Source: Octopus vulgaris (taxonomy: Eukaryota). Taken from it: a stretch of 64,000 bases of DNA. Position 1 is the first letter of the stretch. Every line of letters begins with the position of its first letter. Positions 12,965 to 26,979 of this stretch are shown piece after piece. The stretch is taken from NCBI GenBank assembly GCA_951406725.2, contig OX597818.1:87854001-87918000 (forward strand), written 5' to 3'. The notes beneath the pieces were generated by a model. The model worked only from the letters and a program-made list of their open reading frames with translations, did no database searches and was not told where the DNA came from. Both the position numbers and the translations under genes were made by a program.

Positions 12965-13175
12965 CGTTATCAAGCGGTGTTGAAGGATAAACACAGACGC
13001 AAACAAACACACACACACGCACATACGACAAGCTCCTTTCAGTTTCCGCCTACCGATTCCACTCACAAGACTTTGGTTGGCTCGAAGCTATTGTAGAAAA
13101 TACTTGCCCAAGGGCCAACGCTATGGGACTGAACCCGGAACCATGTAGCAAGCTTCTTGCCACTCAGACACCATT
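12965..13175 (-). mobile_element. SINE family B, diverged partial copy
   Basis: CTTTCAGTTTCCGCCTACC...CCACTCACAAG...GGGACTGAACCCGGAACCATG. Confidence 0.8.
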
Positions 13176-13595
13176 CCGCCTGTCAAAACAGAAAAAAATA
13201 ACCTTCCCGCGTGTGCTTATTATTCGTAAACTATTTGTCAATTTGGTTAATTTTGCTAATATATTTATTGGAAAATTATTGGAATTGTTATTTGTTTTGT
13301 AAGTATATTAGTGTCTGCATCAATAATATATTTGATTACATTTTTGCGTAAAAGTCACGGCTTCTGATTAGTTCAGAGCCGTGTTGCGATGACATGGTTT
13401 TTTAAAAACTAGCTTAAATCAAGAAGCCGTTGAATCACATTCTTTTTTAAAATTTTTATATTTAATAATTGAATCAAATTAAAGGAAAAGCATACTCAAG
13501 GTAGACCCATTCAACCTCACCAGCCTTGCCATTTTCATCTACATTTCGATAAACATACAAGACCTCTCGTCCGTATCTAATAATAATTATAATAA

Positions 13596-13737
13596 TGAGA
13601 TCATCATATCGCTCACATATGGTTGTGATTCATGTGCCTAGTGCACTGTTATCAGACGGGTACATATGATGGGTATATTGGGCTTCATATATTTGTAATC
13701 CAGTGTCACTTTCAAAGCATGCATTGCTCTCTCACTC

Positions 13738-13811
<74 letters not shown>

Positions 13812-14180
13812 CAACAACAATAATGTCTTGGTATAAAAGATGGGCTACAGCAAATATTCTGCTCAATATCACAAATTTGCTTGTCAGTCGTTTGATCTTA
13901 ACCAGTTGAGCATGTCCCTTGGTGGCTGCAATATGTAGATCTCTGATCACGAGCAAAAGTAGTGAGGAATTCTTTGGGGTTTGGATAATTCACCTCTGGT
14001 AACATGGGTGTTTCGTTCAATATCCTTAAAAACCCTTATTCAGAGACATTTTGAGTGGGATGGACTACTCGACCAGAAGAAAATTCTAACTGGGCCCCAC
14101 CTGCAAGGTCATGTGCTGTTTATCTTGATATGAGAACACCATGTCATGCACATATGGTTGTGATGCATATTCCTGGTGTA
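13596..14180 (+). mobile_element. Two pieces of non-coding (TAA)n-associated repeat family C, separated by a (TAA)n array
   Basis: 13596-13740 ends GCTCTCTCACTCAATAATAA. 13824-14180 overlaps both that piece and 51883-52087. The same end occurs inverted at 48440. Confidence 0.75.
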
Positions 14181-14392
14181 CTGGCAGTACAAGACCAAGC
14201 TTCGGCCACAAATTGGAGGGTCAATCTTAAGAATGAGCAAGTGTCTCTACTGTGCTGAATCTGTAATAGAATGGACAAAACCATTGACCATATCGTTAAC
14301 GAATGGACTAGACTTGCCCCAAATCATTATAAGCTGTGGCAAACGATGAGGTAGCGAAAATGTTACATTGGAAACTATGCAAAAAGTGGGGT

Positions 14393-14461
<69 letters not shown>

Positions 14462-14930
14462 AGATGTGGTTTTAGCACAAACCAAAACGAGTGGCTGAGT
14501 CGTGGACCTGCAAAATCTCGTGGGATTTCCCAGTTCGAAGAGATCAGGTGCTTGTGCACAGGCCAGACCTAGTAAAGGTGGACAAGGTGAAACAAACGTC
14601 CTCTACAATTGATGATGATTGGCCTTCTGACACACGAATAGTCAAGAAGGAAGGTGAAACCAGAGAAGTATACAATCTTCTTAAATACGAGATATCCCAA
14701 ATATGGAAAATGAAGGCGAAGACAGTGCCAATTATTGGTGCGTCCTTAGGGACAATATAAGAAGGATCAAGAGGAATATAAAACAAATCGGAGTAGAGAC
14801 CCCAGTTACGAAAGGTTTGACTCCTTGGCACGGCAATCAAGAAAGTATTAGATAGTTAACCGTAGGCTGTAGACAGTCAGCCCGAAACGCATCCATGACT
14901 CAGGGAGTTCCAACAAAACCCGAGTCAAGG
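14180..14930 (+). pseudogene. 3' part of an R4/Dong-clade (RLE) LINE, interrupted by (GA)n
   Basis: LAVQDQA, C..C...TIDHIV.EC (CCHC), DEVAKMLHWKLCKKW, WDFPVRRDQVLVHRPDLVKVD...TVPIIGASLGTI; followed by (GAT/AAT)n. Confidence 0.85.
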
Positions 14931-14986
14931 TGATGATGGTGATGATGATGATGATGATGATAATGATGATGATGATGATAATTGTA

Positions 14987-15018
<32 letters not shown>

Positions 15019-15070
15019 GATGATGATGTTAATGATGATAATGATGATGATGATGATGATGATAATAATA

Positions 15071-15168
<98 letters not shown>

Positions 15169-15187
15169 AATAATAATAATAATAATA

Positions 15188-15246
<59 letters not shown>

Positions 15247-15250
15247 TACC
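14930..15250. repeat. (GAT)n/(AAT)n trinucleotide array
   Basis: Direct. Confidence 0.95.
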
Positions 15251-15439
15251 ATGGCATCATTTTGTTGTAATTTTATTTATGAGGTAGGTTATATCTTACT
15301 TCTGAACTACACAAAAAGAATAATTGAATAATTTCGATATTCTGAATCCCAATGAGACTCTGTTTATATGCTTTATCGTAACTCACTAATGTCTTGAGCT
15401 AATAGAAATATCAACTATGTGTGACTATCTTTGTACGTA

Positions 15440-16250
<811 letters not shown>

Positions 16251-16659
16251 TATAAAACTGAAATGCGTTTTTACCGCTTGGTTCGCTTTCAATGCCACTA
16301 CATCCCGTCCGATTCGCTCCAAAATGTACAGGGACATGTAGAATGAGGTGACGATGCGCGTGGGCTACCTTAGAAATCCCTATCTTAAAAGGTGTGGTTG
16401 CTAGGGGCCATCTTCCTACCTCACCCTATTTCCTCCAGTACTCTGTCACTCCTCTTCATTTGACAATGCAACTACCGTTATTTAATGTAAAGTCTTCCTC
16501 AAATCACTCTGTAGCTATTTACTCTCTTCTAAGAACATTTTCACTCACTCTATCTCTTACCTTCCTATACATTTTACTCATGTATCTCTCAGCGTTCATG
16601 GACAGTAACAAATATTACTCGCCATCCCCATCGCCATCGCATTCTATTGTCTACCTGTC

Positions 16660-16696
<37 letters not shown>

Positions 16697-17071
16697 TCAT
16701 ATATCTAATATTATATTTTTATTTTTATGTTTTTGTTTTTGGTTTTTTACTGTTTCATTTCCCTATTAGTGGTTTTATCTCTAATTTAATTTCTACAGCG
16801 TGCACCCCCCCCCCACACACACCTATATGTAGCCCCAGTACACCCGAATGAAATCGGGTTCTCTTCATCAAAATGTGATAAGGGGTCTACAATTATCATC
16901 GCCACAACTTATGTATGTCTTCCTCACTCACTCACTCTTTTTCCTAATGATAATTATCATCGCCACCACCAACACCACCAACACACAATCTGGACAATCT
17001 TTCTCTTATAACAAATCATGTTTACATTGCAACAACGTCTGCCACCTCCGCCGTCTCTATTTATTCTGCAA

Positions 17072-17269
17072 ATGACCAGAACTCGGGAAACTTGGTTTAG
17101 TGTTCTATGGTCTATGACCAGAACTCGGGAAACTTGGTTGAGTGTTCTATGGTCTATGACCAGAACTCGGGAAACTTGCTTGACTGTTCTATGGCCTATG
17201 ACCAGAAATCGGGAAACTTGGTTGAGTGTTCTATGGTCTATGACCAGAACTTGGGAAACTTGGTTGAGT
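17072..17269 (+). repeat. 42-bp minisatellite, ~4.7 copies
   Basis: Unit ATGACCAGAACTCGGGAAACTTGGTTGAGTGTTCTATGGTCT starting at 17072, 17114, 17156, 17198 and 17240. Confidence 0.95.
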
Positions 17270-17959
17270 CCTCATCTTATAAAATGTGGCCCCAGTAGAC
17301 CCAAATGAAATCGGTTTATATTAACCAAAAGGTGAAAAGGGGTATAAATGGGGCTGGAAGGGGATTAAAATTTAAAGGAGCGGGTGTTTAGCAATTCTCT
17401 GTTACATCAAGCTAAAAAATTTGCTCCAGCCTTTTAATCGTCAATGTGTTGCCGTCCATGGTGAAGAAGTTTTGAATGCTTGCCATCGTGAGTCTACTGT
17501 CGTGAGAAAGAATCAATTCAAAACTTGGTTTTTAGGGATTTTCTTTTACATCAAGTTCAAATTTTTACGCCAGCCGTTGAACTGTCAATACGTTGCTGTC
17601 CGTCGTTAAGAAATGCCAGCCATGGTGACTCTACTATCCTCAAATTCTATCCCTTCAAACTTTGGTTTCCAATATTTTATTATTTTTTTCAGCTCGCAAG
17701 TTCGTCTGTCCCTTTTCAATGTTAGTGTTTTGCTGTCTGTCTTGAAGCAGACCTTTCCTTTGTAACTGCCTGATATTTATGATTGATCTTTCTAAATATT
17801 TTATTTCTCAACTTACTCAAGATCTTTTGTTGTTTATAAATGGGAGAGAGATACATAAAGATAGAGAGTAAGAGAAAGCGAGGGAGAGTCCGAGAGAAAG
17901 GAAGAGTAAGAGAGTGGGAAAGTGAGAGAGAAAGGAGAAAGAAACAAAGAGGGAGAATC

Positions 17960-18270
17960 ATCATCATCATCATCATCGTTTAACGTCCGTTTTCCGTGCT
18001 ACCACGGGTTGGACAGTTTGACAGGGGTCTGAGAAGCCAGGAGGCCGCACCAGGCTCCAGTCTGATCTGGCAGTGTTTCGACAGGTGGATGCCCTTCCTA
18101 ACGCCAACCACTCTGTGAGCGTAGTGGGTGCTTTTTTCGTGCCGCCTGCACAGGTGCCAGGTGGGCTAGCAGCGGCCACGATCGGTTGGTGCTTTTTACG
18201 TGCCACCAGCACAGAAGCCAGTCAAGGCGGCGCTGCAATCGGCCACGTTCGGATGGTGCTTTTTACGTGC
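17960..18270 (-). mobile_element. SINE family F (3' portion) with (GAT)n tail
   Basis: GGATGCCCTTCCTAACGCCAACC core and (CAT)n tail; homologous to 61715-61850. Confidence 0.8.
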
Positions 18271-18335
18271 TGAAAGGAAGCAACAGAAAGTAACAACCAC
18301 ACTCTTACCCGCGCGTAGAGCGGGTCACCTTCAGC

Positions 18336-18378
<43 letters not shown>

Positions 18379-18445
18379 CCATGTGCTCCCATGCAGACAC
18401 GCTCACACTCACACACATGAAAACATGCATACACACACAAGCACA

Positions 18446-18496
<51 letters not shown>

Positions 18497-18689
18497 ATGT
18501 GCACATCACTTGCGTACATGCTCATACACGCGAGAGAGATTTCTTTTCATTACATACAGAAAATATCTCATGCTCCCAAGTACGTTGATCTGGCAAGCAA
18601 TAAAATTATAGGGTAAAAACTGCCCTGCTTTTTTCTCTTACCAAAATTCAAAAAAAAAAGCGTTGTAAATGGGTGGCATCAATTGTGAT

Positions 18690-19517
18690 TTCAAATTTTA
18701 GCACAATGCCTGCTATTCCGGGGTTGGGGTGGGTAAGTCGACTACATCGATCCCAGCACTCCACTAGTGCTGATTTTATCGACCCCGAAAGAAAGAAAGA
18801 CAAAGTCGACCTCGGCGGAATTTGAACTCAGAACGTTACGATGGACGAAATACCGCTAAACATTTTGCCCAGCGTGCTAACGTTTCTGCCAGCTCGCCAC
18901 CTTGACCGATAATAATAGTAATAATCTTTTTACTAAAGATACAAGGCCTGTTATTCCGGGGGAGGTGTTAAGTAAAATACATCGACCCCAGTATTCAACT
19001 GGTACTTAATTTATCGATTTCAAATGGATGAAAAGCAAAGTCGACCTCTGCTAGAACGTAGCGACGGGCAAAATATTGCTAAGCATTTCGTCCAGCGTGC
19101 TAACGATTCTTTTTTCTTTATTGCCCATAAGGAGCTAAACATAGAGGGGACAAACAAGGACAGACAAACGAATTAATTCAATTACATCGACCCCAGTGCG
19201 TAACTGGTACTTAATTTATGGACTCCGAAAGGATAAAAGGCAAAGTCGACCTCGACGAAATTTGAACTCAGAACGTAGCGGCAGACGAAATACCTATTTC
19301 TATTTCTTTACTACCCACAAGGGGTTAAACACAGAGAGGACAAACGGATTAAGACGATTATATCGACCCCAGTGCGTAACTGGTACTTAATTTATCGACC
19401 CGAAAGGATGAAAGGCAAAGTCTACTTCGGCGGAATTTGAACTCAGAACGTAGCGGCAGACGAAATACTGCTAAGCATTTCGCCAGGCGTGCTAACATTT
19501 CTGCCAGCATGCCACCG
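18690..19517 (-). mobile_element. SINE family A cluster (at least 4 modules)
   Basis: Repeated GTCGACCTCGGCGGAATTTGAACTCAGAACG and tail modules. Confidence 0.9.
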
Positions 19518-19523
19518 CGACAG

Positions 19524-19598
<75 letters not shown>

Positions 19599-19936
19599 TT
19601 GATGATGATGATGACAATAATGATAATAATAATAATCCATTGTTTTATTAGCCAGAAGGGATTACATAAAACAATATTAAATGACATGACGCAACATAAA
19701 AACAACACAAAACGAGGCAAAAGCTTTTCAGCATGTTAACAATAAAGAAAACAATTAGTTGATCATCATCGACGCCCAGAGTTTCCTCGAGAACGCCGTC
19801 GCAATTTCCCTCTACTAGCCCTCTATAGAACGCCAGAGTGAAACTACCACCTACCGTTTTGCTCGCTTGGTGGAGGGCTGTGAGCGCTTGACGTCTAACC
19901 AAGGTGAGGAAGAACAACAACAATAGTAATAATAAT

Positions 19937-20193
19937 CAGAACGTTACAACAGACGAAATACCTATTTCTTTACTATCCACAAGGGGCTAAACACAGAGAG
20001 GACAAACAAGGACAGACAAACGGATGAAATCGATTACATCGACCCCAGTGCGTAACTGGTACTTATTTAATCGACCTCGAAAGGATGAAAGGCAAAGTCG
20101 ACCTCGGTGGAATTTGAACTCAGAACGTAGCGGCAGACGAAATACCGCTAAGCATTTCGCCCGGTGTGCTAACGTTTCTGCCAGCTCGCCGCC
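19937..20193 (-). mobile_element. SINE family A copy seeding the adjacent tandem array
   Basis: Complete tail-body-head copy; the head at 20127-20193 is unit 0 of the array. Confidence 0.9.
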
Positions 20194-21516
20194 GTTACAA
20201 CAGACGAAATACCGCTAAGTATTTCGCCCAGTGTGCTAACGTTTCTACCAGCTCGCCACCGTTACAACAGACGAAATACCGCTAAGCATTTCGCCCGGTG
20301 TGCTAACGTTTCTACCAGATCGCCGCCGTTACAACAGACGAAATACCGCTAAGCATTTCGCCCGGTGTGCTAACGTTTCTACCAGCTCGCCACCGTTACA
20401 ACAGACGAAATACCGCTAAGTATTTCGCCCGGTGTGCTAACGTTTCTACCAGCTCGCCACCGTTACAACAGACGAAATACCGCTAAGCATTTCGCCCGGT
20501 GTGCTAACGTTTCTACCAGATCGCCGCCGTTACAACAGACGAAATACCGCTAAGCATTTCGCCCGGTGTGCTAACGTTTCTACCAGCTCGCCACCGTTAC
20601 AACAGACGAAATATCGCTAAGTATTTCGCCCGGTGTGCTAACGTTTCTACCAGCTCGCCACCGTTACAACAGACGAAATATCCGCTAAGTATTTCGCCCG
20701 GTGTGCTAACGTTTCTACCAGCTCGCCACCGTTACAACAGACGAAATACCGCTAAGCATTTCGCCCGGTGTGCTAACGTTTCTACCAGCTCGCCGCCGTT
20801 ACAACAGACGAAATACCGCTAAGCATTTCGCCCGGTGTGCTAACGTTTCTACCAACTCGCCGCCGTTACAACAGACGAAATACCGCTAAGCATTTTGCCC
20901 GGTGTGCTAACGTTTCTACCAGCTCGCCGCCGTTACAACAGACGAAATACCGCTAAGCATTTCGCCCGGTGTGCTAACGTTTCTATCAGCTCGCCACCGT
21001 TACAACAGACGAAATACCGCTAAGCATTTCGCCCGGTGTGCTAACGTTTCTACCAGCTCGCCACCGTTACAACAGACGAAATACCGCTAAGCATTTCGCC
21101 CGGTGTGCTAACGTTTCTACCAGCTCGCCGCCGTTACAACAGACGAAATACCGCTAAGCATTTCGCCCGGTGTGCTAACGTTTCTACCAGCTCGCCGCCG
21201 TTACAACAGACGAAATACCGCTAAGCATTTCGCCCGGTGTGCTAACGTTTCTATCAGCTCGCCACCGTTACAACAGACGAAATACCGCTAAGCATTTCGC
21301 CCGGTGTGCTAACGTTTCTACCAGCTCGCCGCCGTTACAACAGACGAAATACCGCTAAGCATTTCGCCCGGTGTGCTAACGTTTCTACCAACTCGCCGCC
21401 GTTACAACAGACGAAATACCGCTAAGCATTTCGCCCGGTGTGCTAACGTTTCTACCAGCTCGCCGCCGTTACAACAGACGAAATACCGCTAAGTATTTCG
21501 CACAGCGTGCTAACGT
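20194..21516 (-). repeat. 67-bp tandem array derived from the SINE A tRNA-like head (19 full copies + 1 partial)
   Basis: Unit GTTACAACAGACGAAATACCGCTAAGCATTTCGCCCGGTGTGCTAACGTTTCTACCAGCTCGCC(G/A)CC; units start at 20194, 20261 ... 21468; no spacers. Confidence 0.97.
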
Positions 21517-22074
21517 GAACTTGGGAGCTTAGTGAGATACCTATCCCAAACTAGTGAAACCTTGCTAGTTTCAGTTAGAAATGCATGAGTACTGAAAGCA
21601 GAGAGAAAAAAAAGGAAAAACAAAGGAAGACTCACAGAAAGGACATGAAGAAGCATTACACAATAAGGGAGTTCACAATCATTTTCATGTAGTCACAACC
21701 GAAGCTGCTGGAAAACACAAATTTACAATGTTAAAGAAATAAAAATAACCGCTCATCACGGTTTTACAATAGCAACAGCGTTCTTGTAAAGTTTATCAAA
21801 TTGTTCAATGTAATTTCTCTGGAAAAAAAATTACAAATTTTTTTTATAAACAAAATTTCCAGGAATATAAAAGTTCACGAGGAATATTTTCACATAAACT
21901 GAGAAAGTCTTTTGGGAAAATGTACAATTCTACCACTTCTAGTTTTCTTTTCACTGGTAGGTGATTTAAAAATTGACTTGTTGATCTTTCCCCCAACCTT
22001 AAGTTCGCTGTCTTGTGAATTGTTCTGTTTCAAGTTATTTTGAAATGTGTTGCTCAAATTTTTTTCTCATGGCA

Positions 22075-22920
22075 TTAAGACTGACCGAAATAAGCTTTTT
22101 TAACTCTGTCTAAACTAACAATTTCCTTTTTACCAAGCATATCCAAAGTCATAGATTTATCTTTAATTAACAAAACTTTAAAAGGTCCAGTGTATTTATA
22201 ATTCAGTGAATAATGACTGGCATCATTATGTACAAATATACGAGTCCAAGAATTAATATCAGAAGGAATGAAACTTTTAATATTTTGTAATTTACTTGTA
22301 ATAGAAGGAACATCAGAAAGAAATCTCTTGAGTCGGGTTACATAATTGTTAATATCTTCATTAAAAGAATTGGTTTCTTCAAACATTTGACCAGGTAGAG
22401 TTAATGCTGTTCCGTACAAAAGTTCAGAATATTTAAAACTTTTTTTAACAGCACTTCTGATTCCTAACAATGTCACTAGTAAAGCTTCTAACCAACTGCT
22501 AGAATCAGAATAAGTTCTTAATGAAGATTTCAATTGCCTATGAAATATTTCTATCATGCCGTTAGATTGTGGATGATACGAAGTTGTACGAATTCTATGA
22601 ATTTCCAATAATTTGTTGAATTCTGCGAAAAGTGTAGACTCAAACTGTCTTCTACGATCTGTCGTCAATGTGTGTTGGGTATGCCGAATCTATACATCCA
22701 ATTGGTAAATAAAGTTCTCGCTATAGTTACTGCAGATATGTTTTTGATTGGATAAGCTTCTGGCCATCGCGAAAAACGATCTATGCATGGTAACAAATAA
22801 ATATTACCTTCCACTGGAGGTAATGGTCCAACTATGTCAATATGAATGTGTTGGAATCTGGTATCGAAAGTTGCAAAAGTACCTAATGTTACTTTAATGT
22901 GGCGATTTACTTTCGCTTTT
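22075..22920 (-). pseudogene. Gypsy integrase core and GPY/F-like C-terminus (pseudogene)
   Basis: TTDRRRQFES, YHPQSNGMIEIFHRQLK, YTGPFKVL, VSLDRVKKAY. Confidence 0.9.
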
Positions 22921-23135
22921 TTGGCACGGCATACAGGATTGAACCCAAGAACGAATACCCTTATTCATACCAGGTCAAACAAAACGACTCGATATTAATT
23001 TTAGAAACTTTTCTGTGTCTTTCAGGCACAAATGGTGTAGGAAAACCAGTAGAAATATCACACCAAATATGTGATTTACAAGAATGAATAGGCAATAATT
23101 TAAATTTCAAAGAAGTAGAACTGGAATCTTTATAT

Positions 23136-23563
23136 CTCTCTTTTACTCTCTTTAACGTGTTTCAGTCATTTGACTACGGCCATGCTGGAGCACCGCCTTT
23201 AGTCGAGCAAATCGACCACAGGACTTATTCTTTGTAAGCCTGGTACTTATTCTATCGGTTTCTTTTTTGCCGAACCGCTAAGTTACGGGGACGTAAACAC
23301 ACCAGCATCGGTTGTCAAGCGATGTTGGGGGGGGGGGGCACATACAAACACACAAACACAAGTATACACACACACATATATATATACATATACATATATA
23401 CGACGGGCTTCTTTTAGTTTCCGTCTACCAAATTCACTCACAAAGCTTTGGTCGGCCCGAGGCTGTAGCAGAAGACACTTGCCCAAGATGCCACGCGGTG
23501 AGGCTGAACCCGGAACCGTGTGGTTGGTAAGCAAGCTACTTACCACACAGCCACTCCTAAGCC
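23136..23563 (-). mobile_element. SINE family B, full length, inserted in Gypsy pol
   Basis: Flanked by TATAT (23131-23135 and 23564-23568); removing it restores EFSLYKDSSSTSL. Confidence 0.92.
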
Positions 23564-25854
23564 TATATAAAGAAAATTCTTTATCGGTAGTTTGATCTAT
23601 AGACATTTCTTCTAAATTGATAATGCTTAATGAACTTAATACATCAAGATTCATACGAGAAAGTGAATCAGCTGCAGAATTGTCAACACTCTTGATTTAC
23701 CGTATATCCACAGTATACTGTGAAATATAATCAAGGTGTCTAATTTCTCTGGAAGAATATTTTTCGGAAGAATGTTTTAGTGCATGTGTCAATGGTTTAT
23801 GATCAGTAAATAAGGTAAATTACCTATCTTCAAGAAGCTGTCTGAAGTATTTAATTGACAAGTAAGCTGACAGCAATTTTCTGCTGAAAACGCTGTATTT
23901 TGTTTCTGGTGCTTTGAATTTTTTTGAAAAGAAGGATAATGGTTGCCAAGAACCACAATGAAACTGTTGTAAAACTCCACCGATTCCAAAATCGGAAACA
24001 TCAACTACCAATGACAATTTTGCTTCAGGAACCGGAAGGTTTAAGATTACTGCTTCACACAGATTTTCTTTTATGCTTTGAAAAGCCTTTAATTCACCAG
24101 CCTTTAAAGTTATGGCTTCATTTTTCTTTTTCCTATTCTTGAATAATTCAGTCAAAGGAAATAGACTTTCTGTACAATGTGGAATAAATCGTCTGTAGAA
24201 ATTAATTAATCCTAAATATTCCCGGAGCTTTCTTAAAGAATTTGGTATTGGAAATTTATTAATAGCTTCATCTGGCAGTGGGCGAATTCAATCTTTATCA
24301 AATAGATGATCTAAAAAAGATGTAGTGCGTTTACCGAAAACACACTTTGATGGATTTATTACTGTACCATATTTAGTTAGTCTCTCTGTTTCAAGTGATT
24401 TTCATGAACTTCTTCTGATGGACTAGCAATGAGAAAATCGTCTATAAAAGCAAATACGAAAGATAAATATCTTGTTACTTCATCGATGAATCTCTGGAAA
24501 GTATTTGCTGCGTTCCTCAATCCCAAAGGCATACGAAGGAATTCATATAACCCAAATGGAGTTGTGATAGCTGTTTTAGGTATATCTTTTTCTTCAACAG
24601 GAATTTGGTTGTGTGCTCAAACTAAATCTATCTTTAAAAAAGGTATTACAACCACTCAACGAAGCTGCAAAATCATAAGTGTGGGAGATTGGATATTTAC
24701 CTGCTTCTGTCTTTGCATTAATTGTCTAAAATCCCCGCATGGACACCAGTCTATGAGATATTTTTTACCAAAATTAAAGGTGTCGATCAGTTACTGCTAG
24801 AAGGACGAATTATTCCGAGGTCTAACATGTGACGAAATTCAGCCTTAGCAATTTTTAATTTCTCTGGAGATAATCTTCAAGGTTTGGAAAAACTTGGTGG
24901 CCCATGGGTTATAATGTGATAAGTGACTGAATGAACACATTGGTGTTTAGAGCTAGTGATTTTGTAATTTCAGGATAAATCTACAATATTCTGTGATAAC
25001 GATTTTCGGAGGATGCCATAAAATATAACGGACTAACTGTTGCATTCCTGCATCTCATGCCTTGAATGTTTAATGACGTTACTGTGTCAATTAATTTTTG
25101 TTTCTTAACATCTACCATTAAATTGTAATGGGAACGAAAATCTACCCCCAATATCGGATAAGGAAAATCCGCTTCAATGAAAATTCACTTATATTCTCTC
25201 CTTAAATGCAAATCGAGAGTTAAACTAATTTCTCCAAATGTTTGGATGTCAGACTGATTAACTGCTTGTAAAGTCAAATAAGCAGGCTTAGGTTTCTCTT
25301 TCAAAAGTTTAGCAGGGCAGATGGAACAAGCTGCTTTTGTATCCATTAAAAATCTTTGTTTGGAGTTAGCGTCAAATATGAAGAATACGCGACTCGTTAG
25401 GAAGTTGTCCACAGATTTCGTCGCGTCTAATCTGTGGATGAAAAGTTCCCCGACCTTTTTTGTTCAGAAAATCAAAGGAGTATGGCTTATTACAGCAATA
25501 AGATTTGTCACCGAACTTTGAATTGTACCAGCATATTGCATTTCTTTTTGGGACTTTTTGATCTTCTACGCCATATTGCATTATTTCTATTATAAGAGCG
25601 TTCATCTCTTCCCAGTTGAAGACTTTCGATCTTGTCAATAATTTAAATTGTTTCTTGTTTCATTGATCAACTGTAATTCTGAAGAAATGGATGGCAAGGC
25701 ATTTACAGACTCTCTAGATGATAATTCCATAATATCATCTGCCAAATCTGCCAATTGTTTGAGAGAGTGTTGCTCTTTCACCGCTAAAAGTAGTGTTTGA
25801 GTAATATGAGGTAACTTGCCAAAGAAAACTTGCTTAAGATAAGACTCTTCGATC

Positions 25855-26265
25855 TCTTTCTCTTTTTACTCTTTTACTTCTTTCAGTCATTTGACTGTGG
25901 CCATGCTGGAGCACCGCCTTTAGTTGAGCAAATCGACCACAGGACTTATTCTTTGTAAGCCTAGTACTTATTCTATCGGACTCTTTTACCTAACCGCTAA
26001 GTTACGGGGAGGTAAGCACACCACCATCGGTTGTCAAGCCATGTTGAGGGAACGAACACAGATACACAAACATATACACACACATACATATATACATATA
26101 TTCGACGGGCTTCTTTCAGTTTCCGCGTACCAATTCCACTCACAAGGCTTTGGTCGGCCCGAGGCTATAGTAGAGGACATCTGCCCAAGGTGCCACGCAG
26201 TGGGACTGAACCCAGAACCATGTAGTTGGTAAGCAAGCTACTTACCATACAGCCACTCCTACGCC
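25855..26265 (-). mobile_element. SINE family B, full length, inserted in Gypsy gag
   Basis: (CTCTTTTA)n tail through to the head CACTCCTACGCCT; gag sequence continues on both sides. Confidence 0.92.
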
Positions 26266-26959
26266 TGTTAATTTCCAAGATTATCTGTTGATTTCCAAGA
26301 AGTTCTTTCATTCTACGATGAAGTTGAGTAGGTTTTCTGCCATCTAGTTATTCGTTATTGAACAGTTTAGCAAATTCTTTTTGCCTTGAATTGGAAGTCC
26401 TCTTTAGTATCTCTTCCTTTTCGGAAGAATATGAAAATGGTTCAGTAGGATCTACTAATAAGTCCCTAATTTCATTACTCAGAGGTGGTGGTAAGTTACT
26501 TAACATTATTTTATACTTTTGTGCCTCTGTTGTTAGTCTGCTTGCTGCAAAACTTGCTTTTAATTAAGCAAACCAAATAAGAGTATCTCCCGTCCAAGCA
26601 GGAGGCGAAACTGTTTTAGAAGCTTGCATGTATCCTCTATCAAAATAAGACATTTCAATCTCTTTAATATTTTCTTCCATTCAAATATATTATAATTTTC
26701 AAAAAGAAAATTTTGCTCTTAGTGAAATAATGCTTTGAACTCCTATGAAATATAATTTAAATTTGCTAGAAAGTGCAGTTAAAACTTCTTATAACTATTT
26801 ATGTTTATTTCTTCAGCGTTTTTTTTCTTCAACTTTTAATATCAAATATTTCTGTTAATAAAATTTTGTGTAATGAAACTGTATTCTATTTTCTATTGAA
26901 AATTTTATATATTTTTCACAAGTGTTAATACTTTTATAATGTGATGGTTTATCTACGTG

Positions 26960-26979
26960 ATCACGTTGGGAGGTCACCA
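26960..26979 (-). promoter_or_regulatory. Primer-binding site complementary to the tRNA-Trp 3' end
   Basis: Minus strand TGGTGACCTCCCAACGTGAT vs canonical TGGTGACCCCGACGTGAT; lies ~300 bp upstream of the gag start. Confidence 0.85.

Noticed and set aside
17072-17269. CRISPR array or repeat-protein exon (MTRTRETWLSVLWS)n
   Set aside because: Spacer-less minisatellite; it is open only because 42 is divisible by 3, and there is no splice or homology support
20194-21516. CRISPR-like regular array
   Set aside because: Units are contiguous with no unique spacers, they derive from the neighbouring SINE, and there are no cas genes in this eukaryotic context
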